47,025 bases of DNA from an uncultured Candidatus Saccharibacteria bacterium (GTDB taxonomy: Bacteria; Patescibacteriota; Saccharimonadia; Saccharimonadales; Saccharimonadaceae), in assembly GCA_963546555.1 (NCBI GenBank), contig CAUUND010000001.1, forward strand, positions 1 to 47,025. The letters are read 5' to 3'. Under the pieces are notes generated by a model, which saw nothing but the letters and a program-made list of their open reading frames with translations, searched no databases and was not told the origin of the DNA. Shown here one piece after another: positions 1 to 7,829 of the stretch (position 1 is its first letter; every line of letters begins with the position of its first letter). The position numbers were made by a program, and so were the translations under genes.

Positions 1-523
1 CCTTTTGGTTAATGGTGAAGATAGCATTGGTCTCGACGCCGGGGTCGTTCCAGTCTAGCTGAGGTAAATAGCGATGTGACGAAATGACTCGGTCGATGAT
101 GTCGCCGATATTTACTTCGCTCAGTACTTGTCGCCAGACGGCGTCAGCGGTCATGAAGATGCGGTGTACCGCCTGGTCGGCTGTAGTGATGGCTTGGTGG
201 GCGTTAGTGCTAGTTTGGCTAGCAAAGATAGCACTAAAGAGCCCCGTGCTGGGAAAACTGTCCACCCTGCCCTCCAGTGCTTCGACTACCTCCAGGATGG
301 AGATCTGTCCGACGGGGCGAGCCAGGGCGAATCCACCACTATTCCCCGGCACTGATTTGACGATACCGGCTACGACCAGCTTGCGCAGCAACTTCTGGCT
401 ATAAGTCATAGACGTCGGCAGGCGTCGCTGTAGAGTGCGAGATGAGACGGGAATAGCCTTAGCCTGAGTGGCGAGGATTGCCATCAGGCAGACCCCCTGC
501 TCAAAGCTCTTAGTTAGCTTCAT
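1..523 (-). CDS. Rrf2-family transcriptional regulator (3' end runs off the window)
   Basis: Not in the ORF track. Manual translation from the ATG at 523 gives MKLTKSFEQGVCLMAILATQAKAIPVSSRTLQRRLPTSMTYSQKLLRKLVVAGIVKSVPGNSGGFALARPVGQISILEVVEALEG, which carries the Rrf2 wHTH signature. GGGAGG SD upstream; frame stays open to position 1. Confidence 0.9.
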   Translation of the reverse strand, partial: MKLTKSFEQGVCLMAILATQAKAIPVSSRTLQRRLPTSMTYSQKLLRKLVVAGIVKSVPGNSGGFALARPVGQISILEVVEALEGRVDSFPSTGLFSAIFASQTSTNAHQAITTADQAVHRIFMTADAVWRQVLSEVNIGDIIDRVISSHRYLPQLDWNDPGVETNAIFTINQK

Positions 524-547
524 GCGGCCTCCCTAGCTGATATCCAA

Positions 548-562
548 TATCCATCGTGGATA
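548..562. promoter_or_regulatory. Inverted repeat TATCCA-N3-TGGATA upstream of the Rrf2 gene; candidate autoregulatory operator
   Basis: Perfect 6-bp palindrome 25 nt upstream of the Rrf2 start, with an extra TATCCA half-site at 541-546. Confidence 0.5.
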
Positions 563-639
563 AAATATATCTATAATGAAAAATAGTCAAGGGTATGCTA
601 ACTATTATTGATACATGTAGCCAACGTCAATGTAGGGAG

Positions 640-1971
640 CCTACATTAACACCCTAACTGCAACAATTTGCCTTAAAGACTTCAAGCGGGGTTAAGCCGC
701 CTAGACGTTTTCTGGGCCCGTTGTTTAATAGATTTTCTAGGTCTAATATACATTGAGTCGTAAGCTTTTTGAAGTCAGTGCCTTTAGGATAAAAATCTCT
801 AATTAGCCCATTAAAGTTTTCATTCCTGCCACGCTGACCGGATTTATACGGGTCAGCAAAGTAAATGTCTACATCCAGTGTTTTCTCAGTGGCACGCCAG
901 CTACTAAACTCAACCCCATTGTCATAAGTAATGGTGGCAACATTGCTTTTACCAAAGACTCTTTCAATATCCACCTTGGTTTGCTTGGTAATATCGGCGG
1001 CATTGTAGCCAATAACTAAACTAATAGAGCCTAACCCGGATTTACGCTCGGTATAGGTCAATAGTCTATCCTTGGTATCTAATCCAAAGACGGTATCTCC
1101 CTCCAGGTCGGTATAACTTTCCAGATCATCTATACTCGCCGGTCGGTCATGAATAGAATGCTTGCCCCTATTGGTATTGTTGTATGGTAATTTGGCAGTA
1201 TTCTTAAACGGCTTACCACGTCTACGGAGTAAACCAACCGCTTTCTTGCGCTCATTGCCATTAAGGCCATAGATGTAACGGTAGATGGCCATGTGGGATA
1301 TGGGGCGAAGCCCCATGTCTCCCGTCCAACCATCGTTATCTTTAAGGGTTTGGTCTGCTAGTAAGGCATCTATTCGCAGGGAGATTTGTTCCGGTGACCA
1401 TCGTAATTTGAGTTTAGCCTTAATATATGCCAGTGTCCGGGCATATATTGGTTCAGTCAGTTTCTTGCCGGTTCTGCAGACGCCCGCATGGCGTTCAGCA
1501 GCATATTCTCGGGCTAGCTTGGCATTGTAGCTATATAGCTTGTTATGTAGCCTCTGACGCCTTTTAACGCCCTCTTTAGCCTTACGAATGGTACTAACCA
1601 TAACTTGGCCGCGGTACTTGCGGCCATCTAGGTTAGTAATGGCCGGTACATTGACACGCCGTCTATTTTTATCTCGTTTTCGACCAGGCAGTCTTTTTAT
1701 CTGTTCCTCAATAAAGCTATTAACCTCACGAGAGATAGTACTGGTTGAGCGTCCAAGTGATTTGGCAATAGCAGTGTATGATTCACCATTCTTTAACCTA
1801 TTCTCGATAACTATACGTTCATCGTAGCAAAGTTGTATATACTTGTTGTTAGACACGTTTCTAACGTCCTTTCCGGTTAATTGACTTTCCAAAAATCCAT
1901 TAAACCACGGGGCTAAAATTGAAACGTGTCTTTATTAAGCTCATCCTTTGCAGTTAAGGTGTTAATTTAGA
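640..1971 (-). mobile_element. IS30-family insertion sequence
   Basis: Imperfect terminal IRs: left cCTACATTAACACCCTAACTGCAA (640-663) and reverse complement of the right end tCTAAATTAACACCTTAACTGCAA (1948-1971). GAG direct repeats at 637-639 and 1972-1974. Low GC. Confidence 0.9.
654..1892 (-). CDS. IS30-family DDE transposase
   Basis: N-terminal HTH (IAKSLGRSTSTISREV), WSPEQIS, DDE motifs EGDTV, TYDNGVEF and GRNENFNGLIRDFYPKG, C-terminal LNNGPRKRLGGLTPLE. Confidence 0.95.
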   Translation of the reverse strand: MESQLTGKDVRNVSNNKYIQLCYDERIVIENRLKNGESYTAIAKSLGRSTSTISREVNSFIEEQIKRLPGRKRDKNRRRVNVPAITNLDGRKYRGQVMVSTIRKAKEGVKRRQRLHNKLYSYNAKLAREYAAERHAGVCRTGKKLTEPIYARTLAYIKAKLKLRWSPEQISLRIDALLADQTLKDNDGWTGDMGLRPISHMAIYRYIYGLNGNERKKAVGLLRRRGKPFKNTAKLPYNNTNRGKHSIHDRPASIDDLESYTDLEGDTVFGLDTKDRLLTYTERKSGLGSISLVIGYNAADITKQTKVDIERVFGKSNVATITYDNGVEFSSWRATEKTLDVDIYFADPYKSGQRGRNENFNGLIRDFYPKGTDFKKLTTQCILDLENLLNNGPRKRLGGLTPLEVFKANCCS

Positions 1972-1978
1972 GAGCTAC

Positions 1979-2007
1979 TTGACAAAATAAGGATAGAGTG
2001 TTATAAA
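1979..2007 (+). promoter_or_regulatory. Sigma70 promoter TTGACA-N17-TATAAA with extended -10 TG
   Basis: TTGACA at 1979-1984, TG at 1999-2000, TATAAA at 2002-2007. The -10 box lies inside an AGTGTT..AACACT inverted repeat. Confidence 0.75.
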
Positions 2008-2068
2008 TGAACACTATCAGGTTGCATGCGAGACAAGCTCGTATGACCTGCGTCCCTTGGGAGGAAAT

Positions 2069-2434
2069 ATGTCTTATGAGGAAGACTGCGTATCGCTTAG
2101 GACATTGCATATGGGCTACGAGCTCCAGGGGGCTCGTATCCAGATGGAGCGGGCGCTTGAAAGTGCCCGCTCGGTAGTGGGCGCATGCCTCGAGGACTCG
2201 CTCGAGCGGGCGCTCGAGTGTATTGAGAATGCAGAGCAGCATTTGTATGCTCTGCAGAGAGAGTTTCGGAGTAGTGGTGACAACCACCATTGCTCCGAAA
2301 CGACTGAGACGACTAACTCCTCCTTAAAAGAGGAGGAGCTAGTCCTTGCAACCCCTGTTCAGGGGGTGCAAGTGGATGGTCGCCTGATCTTAGGCGACCC
2401 CAAGCTCTTGAGAGCTGACACTCTCAAGAGCTAG
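2069..2434 (+). CDS. Orphan 121-aa hypothetical protein embedded in the hairpin array
   Basis: GGGAGGA SD at 2059-2065, ATG at 2069, TAG at 2432-2434. Repeated ERALE motif; no recognised family. Confidence 0.45.
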   Translation: MSYEEDCVSLRTLHMGYELQGARIQMERALESARSVVGACLEDSLERALECIENAEQHLYALQREFRSSGDNHHCSETTETTNSSLKEEELVLATPVQGVQVDGRLILGDPKLLRADTLKS

Positions 2435-2505
2435 CACTGCCCTGGCGGGCTAGCGCATGTTCTCTGTGCGCCGGCTCGCCGGCATCCTATCCACCCTCCA
2501 CCCTC

Positions 2506-2542
2506 ATCCCCCTACTTACGAGTAGGGGGATTTTCCTTTTTT
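2506..2542 (+). terminator. Rho-independent terminator
   Basis: ATCCCCCTACT-TACG-AGTAGGGGGAT stem followed by TTTCCTTTTTT. Confidence 0.8.
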
Positions 2543-2580
2543 ACCGACCTCGGAATGGTGTATAATCTTAGTAGCTTTAC

Positions 2581-2655
2581 TGGGATGTCGCCAAGTGGTA
2601 AGGCATCAGGTTTTGGTCCTGACATTCGGGGGTTCGAATCCCTCCATCCCAACCA
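2581..2655 (+). tRNA. tRNA-Gln(TTG) with encoded CCA
   Basis: Acceptor TGGGATG/CATCCCA, D-arm GCCAAGTGGTAAGGC, anticodon arm TCAGG-TT-TTG-GT-CCTGA, T-arm GGTTCGAATCC, CCA at 2653-2655. TATAAT at 2561-2566. Confidence 0.96.
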
Positions 2656-2704
2656 AAGCTTATTTTGTTGCCCCACTATATAACTTAACTTATGAGGAGA
2701 AGAT

Positions 2705-3541
2705 ATGGCAGATGACTTGGTTTTCGTACTATTTCGATTAACGGTCGATAAAATGCGGGGGGCGGTAAGTGCCGGCTCAGGATGTGTCACTAAGCGAAGC
2801 CAAGTGGCTAGCTATCTAGATCAAATCACCGACGAGCTAAAGTCTCGCCGGGTCGGCAAAGAGCTGACGCTGAAGAAGCATAGCGACGACGTCTATGCCT
2901 ACGAATTCAAGAAGCCGACCAAGACTATCTTCGTCCGCATCATGCCGACCGCTGACATATCTTATCGCATCGGCACGATTAATGAGAAAGGACAGCTGGT
3001 CGATGCGGCGAAGACGGATAGCTACCCCGCTGCCGTCAAGTGGATACAGGGGCACGAGGCGTCAGATCCATCTCGCCATTATCAGCTGGTGGCTAGCCTG
3101 CCTAATGTCGAGATCCCGGTCATAGTTAGCGACGTGCTGGAGCAGATCAAGTCGGGCGAGAATAATATCTTCGTAGCGAAAGCCGGCCATCTCGGCAAGG
3201 TCAACCGGATTGATGACCCGAACGGCAAGAAGAAAGCCAACAAGGGTTGGCTGGGTAAAGTCTTGGAGACGAACAAGGCAGGGCGGATCATCTTCTACAT
3301 CGGGCTGATTCCGTTTATCCTGTGCGGTGTGGACGCCTTGATGTCGATGGTCTTTAGTGATGGCGGGCGTCATCGAGTCAATGTGATCCTCTATCTTGTC
3401 TGGGCGGTGACCAAGCCTGTCGTGACTGATTATGGTCAGTGGCTATTGCCTGTCTCTATCGTGCTGGTGCTGGGTGGCTTTAGTTCTTGTCTGAATAGTT
3501 ACCTGTCCGACAAGAAGAAGACGAAGCAATCAGACCACTAG
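2705..3541 (+). CDS. Hypothetical membrane protein (soluble N-terminus, C-terminal hydrophobic helices)
   Basis: 278-aa ORF with GAGGAG SD; C-terminal hydrophobic segments IIFYIGLIPFILCG and WLLPVSIVLVLGGF. Confidence 0.7.
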   Translation: MADDLVFVLFRLTVDKMRGAVSAGSGCVTKRSQVASYLDQITDELKSRRVGKELTLKKHSDDVYAYEFKKPTKTIFVRIMPTADISYRIGTINEKGQLVDAAKTDSYPAAVKWIQGHEASDPSRHYQLVASLPNVEIPVIVSDVLEQIKSGENNIFVAKAGHLGKVNRIDDPNGKKKANKGWLGKVLETNKAGRIIFYIGLIPFILCGVDALMSMVFSDGGRHRVNVILYLVWAVTKPVVTDYGQWLLPVSIVLVLGGFSSCLNSYLSDKKKTKQSDH

Positions 3542-3580
3542 ACGTAGGCGTAGCGAGAGTTTATCCTACTTCTAAAGTAG

Positions 3581-3611
3581 AATACGACCGGCGTTGAGGC
3601 CGGCCATACTT
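3581..3611 (-). terminator. Probable terminator of ackA
   Basis: Minus-strand hairpin AGTATGGCCGGC-CTCAAC-GCCGGTCGTATT between convergent genes. Confidence 0.5.
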
Positions 3612-3634
3612 TCTTCGTTAGACTCCGGTGCAGA

Positions 3635-4906
3635 CTACTCGTCGTTCCAATTGCGGGGAGTGAAACGTGGTCGCTTGGCCGGCTTAGTGTCTTTGCCTTT
3701 GGCTGCTGTTTTCTTGCCGCTGACCACCGCCTCGGTTTCTTCGGCGATGACCAGCTCTTCGTTGGTGCGGATAGCCATGATCACCGGTGTATCTTTCTCT
3801 GATATCACCCCATCCAGTCCGTTGCGTCCACGAATTCGCTTGTTCTGATCTTTATCTATCTGATAGTTAAACACCTTGAGGTGCTCGACGATCCCTGCTC
3901 GTAGCCCCGAGGCATTCTCGCCGGCACCGGCGGTGAAGACAAGGGCGTCAACTCTGGGTAGCGCCACCATCATAGCGGCAATATTCTTAGCTATACTATA
4001 GGCTAGCGTCTCCATAGCGATGGCCGACTTCTCGTCGCCTTTAGTAGCAGCGGCGGAGACTTCTCGCTGGTCGCTGCTAAAGCCTGACATGCCGAGTAGC
4101 CCCGAACGGTGATTCAAGTCGTCGACTATCTCCTCAGCACTCTCGCCCAGTCGATCCATCATATAAGGAATAATGGCCGGGTCAACTGAGCCGGCTCTAG
4201 TACACATGACGATACCGTCCAGTGGGGTGAAGCCCATGGTAGTATCGACTGATTGACCGTTGAGCACCGCCGCCAGCGAGGCGCCACTGCCGATATGAGC
4301 GATGACGAAAGCGCTATCTTCTATCGGTATATTGAGGAGCTGGGCGGCCCGATTGCTGACGTACTTGTAGCTAGTGCCGTGAAAGCCGTAGCGTCGGACA
4401 CCGTAATCTTGATACCAGTCATCGGGTACAGCGTAGCGGAAGGCATACTCGGGCATAGTGCTGTGAAAAGCGGTGTCAAAGACGGCTACCTGGGGTAGCT
4501 CGGGCATAACCTTCATGGCGGCTCGCATGGCAGCGGCAGCCGGTGGATTGTGCAAGGGGGCGTAGGGCTTCAGCGCCTCAATCTCGTCGACTATCTTGTC
4601 GGTCAGGCGGACCGGATGGGTGAACTTATCGATGCCGTTTACCACTCTGTGCCCCACCGCCATGACGGTACGCTTGAGCCCTCGCTCCTCCAGCTCGTCA
4701 AATAGGCGCTGCATCGCTCCCTCGAAAGACGGATCGTCCAGCTTGTCCGTCTCCTTGGCGTCATTAGCCTTGATGGTGAAGTTAGCTCGGGGCGTCTTTA
4801 GCTCCTCAGCGATGCCCTTGGCGATGACTTGATGGGTGGCGGTGTCTAGCAGCGAGAACTTGAGCGAAGAACTGCCGCTATTGATGACGAGAATACTACT
4901 TTCCAT
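3635..4906 (-). CDS. ackA: Acetate kinase
   Basis: ILVINSGSSSLKF, GHRVVNG, APLHNP, VAVFDTAFH, RRYGFHGTSY, MGFTPLDG, TNEEL. Confidence 0.96.
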   Translation of the reverse strand: MESSILVINSGSSSLKFSLLDTATHQVIAKGIAEELKTPRANFTIKANDAKETDKLDDPSFEGAMQRLFDELEERGLKRTVMAVGHRVVNGIDKFTHPVRLTDKIVDEIEALKPYAPLHNPPAAAAMRAAMKVMPELPQVAVFDTAFHSTMPEYAFRYAVPDDWYQDYGVRRYGFHGTSYKYVSNRAAQLLNIPIEDSAFVIAHIGSGASLAAVLNGQSVDTTMGFTPLDGIVMCTRAGSVDPAIIPYMMDRLGESAEEIVDDLNHRSGLLGMSGFSSDQREVSAAATKGDEKSAIAMETLAYSIAKNIAAMMVALPRVDALVFTAGAGENASGLRAGIVEHLKVFNYQIDKDQNKRIRGRNGLDGVISEKDTPVIMAIRTNEELVIAEETEAVVSGKKTAAKGKDTKPAKRPRFTPRNWNDE

Positions 4907-4949
4907 ATGTCCATATTCTACCATAGCCCTAACTGATATAATATCTAGC

Positions 4950-6194
4950 GTGAATCAGTCAAGCTTTGGCTTCCGGATAGTGTCTCAGGGCGATACTCGC
5001 TATCCGTTGATGCGAGCCGGCGTCATTCGTACGCCACATGGCGATATCAAGACGCCGAACTTTAACTTGGTCGGGACGATGGGCTCGGTGCGGTTCTTGC
5101 CGCCGTCAGACATGCGGACGGTCGGGGCGCAGGTCATGCTGAGCAATGGCTACCACCTGTATCGTCGAGCGACTGTTATCTCGGCGAGCGGTGGATTGGC
5201 TCAGTGGTCGGGTTGGCAGGGTCCGACCTTCACCGACTCGGGCGGCTTTCAGGTAATGTCGCTGGGGTCGGGTCTAGGTAAGGTGATTTCAATGGCGGGT
5301 GACAAAGCTAATCAGAGCGAGCTACGTGAACCGGACGAGCGTCTGGCGCTGGTCGATGAAGAGGGGGTGGAGTTTCGTGATCCATTTAGCGGTCGAATCA
5401 TCAAGTTTACCCCCGAGATATCAATCGCCACCCAGCACAAGATCGGAGCGGATGTGATGATGTCTTTTGATGAGCTGACTAATATCAATGATACTTATGA
5501 GTATAATGTTCGCTCGCTGGAGCGGACTAGGCGCTGGGCAGAGCGTGGTCTGGCCGAGCACATCAAGCAGACGGCTCTACGTTCAGACCGCCCCTACCAG
5601 GCTCTCTATGGAGTACTTCAGGGCAGCTATTTTCTCGACTTGAGGCGTCGGGCGGCTCGAGATATCTCAAGGATGAATATCAACGGTCACTATTTCGACG
5701 GTTTTGGGCTGGGCGGCGCACTGGACAAGGCGAACCTAAGCGAGATTTTGGTGGCGATGAATGAAATCTTACCTGCCGACAAGCCTCGCCATTTACTGGG
5801 ATTAAGTCACCCCGACGATATCTTCGTCGGCGTAGAAGCCGGGGTTGATACATTTGACTGCGTAGCACCGACTCGGGAGGCTCGCCACGGGCGGATCTAT
5901 ACCCCAGACGGCAATTATAATATCAAGCGATCGATGTATCGGGATGACACACAGGTACTATCCCCGGGTTGCGACTGCCCGACCTGTCGGGCTGGTTATA
6001 CTAGAGCCGAGCTACGAGCTCTGCTCAAATCAGCTGAGCATACTGAACGAGCTAGGGCGTTTAATCTGCTGACGGCACACAATACTCGCTTTATCATCCG
6101 GTTGTGTGAGCAGATACGCCGGGCTATCATGGATGGTAGCTACCGGCAATTTCGTGATGACTTTTGTCGTCGATATTACCGGGCTAATGCTTAG
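4950..6194 (+). CDS. tgt: tRNA-guanine transglycosylase
   Basis: TPHGDIKTP, TDSGGFQV, PRHLLG, GVDTFDCVAPTREARHG, Zn site CDCPTC...HN. GTG start at 4950, 7 nt after TGATATAAT. Confidence 0.93.
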   Translation: MNQSSFGFRIVSQGDTRYPLMRAGVIRTPHGDIKTPNFNLVGTMGSVRFLPPSDMRTVGAQVMLSNGYHLYRRATVISASGGLAQWSGWQGPTFTDSGGFQVMSLGSGLGKVISMAGDKANQSELREPDERLALVDEEGVEFRDPFSGRIIKFTPEISIATQHKIGADVMMSFDELTNINDTYEYNVRSLERTRRWAERGLAEHIKQTALRSDRPYQALYGVLQGSYFLDLRRRAARDISRMNINGHYFDGFGLGGALDKANLSEILVAMNEILPADKPRHLLGLSHPDDIFVGVEAGVDTFDCVAPTREARHGRIYTPDGNYNIKRSMYRDDTQVLSPGCDCPTCRAGYTRAELRALLKSAEHTERARAFNLLTAHNTRFIIRLCEQIRRAIMDGSYRQFRDDFCRRYYRANA

Positions 6195-7446
6195 AGCGCC
6201 TACCTGGTCGACGACGACGTCTCTGGCCACGGTCATTACCCAGGGGCGGAATGATATCCAGCTCCGGTCCGATGTATTTGCGATCAGCCGGCACGAAGAT
6301 GACCGGCGCGCTGGATACACCGGCAAGGTGCGCTTCACTGGAGCCATCTTGACTTACCTCGCCTCGCCCATGTGACTGCAGGAAATCACGCATCAGGATG
6401 ATGACGCAACCGGACAGAGGAATGGCGATCATCGCTCCTAGTAGTCCACCGGCCTGCATACCTAGCGTTATGGCAATTAGAATAATCAAAGCCGAGGTCT
6501 CCATGTGCCTGGACTGAATACGGGGCTGGACGAAATTATTCTCGATCTGCTGCTCAATGGTGAAGACAATGGCGTAGATAATGGCGGCCGGCGGAGAATA
6601 CACCATTAGGATCAGGGTAACGATTGTGCCACCGATGACGGCGCCAAACATCGGCACGAAGATCATCATAAAGATAGTGATCCAGGCTGGCCAGACCAGG
6701 CTGATATCAAAACGAAAGACTGTAGCCAAGACGCCTACTACTACGGCGGTAAAAGTACCACTGATCACTCCGACTGTTGCCTGCCCGACCATGTAGCCAC
6801 TGACCACGTCATACATCTTTCGAGCCATCCGGCGATGGCGTTGACGGCGTGCCGGATTGGCGTAGGCGAAGCGCCAGAACTTTTCTTCCCATTTCGGTCC
6901 TTCTACCAGCATAAAGAAGGTGGCGAAAAGCACCAGACAGGTATTGCCGAGTACGGCGAAGATGTTTGATAGAGCATTGATAAAGGCCGCCCCCATATTG
7001 CCGGTAGTATGTCTTAGCTGCAATCCGACATCAATGAGCCACTGATTAAACTGATCTGTCAGGTGGTAATGAGCCAGGAGCCCACCCAGCCAGCCAGATT
7101 CTTGCTTTAATTGATTGATCGTTCTAGGTAGATTGGCGATAAATGACGATAGTTGACGGGCAAAGATTGGCACTATCGTCAGGAGCAAGACGCTGATCAT
7201 CGTGGCAATGATTAGATAAGCGATGAAGATAGCCGCAGTGCGGGACTTGCCCGGCAGGTAGCGAGCAATAAAGGAGACGGGGCGATTCAGCACTAGCGCC
7301 AGGAAGAAAGAGATAGCCAGTAGCGCCAGGGGCACCCGAGCCGCCCAACCGATCAGGGCTAAGGCAATGAATCCTAGAATCACCAGCCAGAACCGAATGA
7401 AAGTCTTAGTGCTAATGGTCAGCTCGACATCAGGCGATTGCTTCAT
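6184..7446 (-). CDS. AI-2E (PerM) family transporter
   Basis: Multi-TM protein with FVPMFGAVIG, EQQIENNFVQPRIQ and GGLLGAMIAIP motifs. Confidence 0.9.
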   Translation of the reverse strand: MKQSPDVELTISTKTFIRFWLVILGFIALALIGWAARVPLALLAISFFLALVLNRPVSFIARYLPGKSRTAAIFIAYLIIATMISVLLLTIVPIFARQLSSFIANLPRTINQLKQESGWLGGLLAHYHLTDQFNQWLIDVGLQLRHTTGNMGAAFINALSNIFAVLGNTCLVLFATFFMLVEGPKWEEKFWRFAYANPARRQRHRRMARKMYDVVSGYMVGQATVGVISGTFTAVVVGVLATVFRFDISLVWPAWITIFMMIFVPMFGAVIGGTIVTLILMVYSPPAAIIYAIVFTIEQQIENNFVQPRIQSRHMETSALIILIAITLGMQAGGLLGAMIAIPLSGCVIILMRDFLQSHGRGEVSQDGSSEAHLAGVSSAPVIFVPADRKYIGPELDIIPPLGNDRGQRRRRRPGRRSKH

Positions 7447-7490
7447 GCTACCAGTCTAACACAAGAGGAGTACTAGGGACTATTTAGAGC

Positions 7491-7829
7491 TTAGTGATAT
7501 TTAGCGAGTATGTAGACGTTATGTTGGTCGGTGCCGTCTTGGGCGAAGAAGGCTGATAGTGTCCCCTCATCGCCCTTACTCTGCACGCCGGTCTTAGGTG
7601 GGATTAGCTTGACCTCCTCGGCGCTAAATATCTCACTGATTATCCTTATCGCCTCGGCGTCGTTATAGATATAGTCGGCTTTGATCATAGCGTACTTGTC
7701 GCCCGGTGTAGAGGGAACCAGTTCGTATACTTTAATATCCGGCGAATAGTCGATTCGGGTAGTCACGCTGAAATGCTGGTCGGTCGCTAGGTCAAAGTTG
7801 CTAGGGATGGTGCTGATTTGATTAGTCAT
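7491..7829 (-). CDS. Hypothetical protein, translationally coupled to cysS
   Basis: ATG at 7829 overlaps the cysS 3' end; GGAG upstream. Confidence 0.6.
   Translation of the reverse strand: MTNQISTIPSNFDLATDQHFSVTTRIDYSPDIKVYELVPSTPGDKYAMIKADYIYNDAEAIRIISEIFSAEEVKLIPPKTGVQSKGDEGTLSAFFAQDGTDQHNVYILAKYH

Larger units (their letters stand above)
2018..2542 (+). ncRNA. Putative highly structured RNA / structured mRNA made of about 11 consecutive hairpins
   Basis: Stem-loops at about 2018-2050, 2117-2138, 2147-2172, 2189-2218, 2230-2256, 2263-2301, 2311-2344, 2345-2372, 2378-2399, 2403-2432 and 2442-2482, then a terminator. Most mismatches are G-U compatible on the + strand. Confidence 0.55.

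Noticed and set aside
84..404. Plus-strand ORFs 84..404 and 128..355
   Set aside because: Antisense shadows of the Rrf2 gene, which the track missed because it lacks a stop inside the window.
1967..2290. Minus-strand 107-aa ORF as an antisense partner of the hairpin unit
   Set aside because: No SD or promoter seen, it runs through the + promoter into the IS end, and G-U polarity favours the + strand.
2018..2482. Hairpin series as a CRISPR array, REP cluster, attC array, tmRNA or RNase P
   Set aside because: The hairpins share no repeated sequence or regular spacing, no cas or integrase gene is nearby, and no tmRNA or RNase P terminal motifs are recognisable.
2581..2655. tRNA-Gln as a prophage or island attachment site
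   Set aside because: No duplicate of the tRNA 3' end was noticed, and there are no integrase or phage genes in the window.
2512..2790. Minus-strand ORF containing WLGWRDSNPR
   Set aside because: Typical spurious translation of a tRNA antisense strand.
4836..4949. Long N-terminal extensions of tgt, and similarly of cysS, DHH, the methyltransferase, the kinase and rplA in the ORF track
   Set aside because: Downstream starts have a -10 box or SD at the proper spacing and avoid large overlaps with neighbouring genes.
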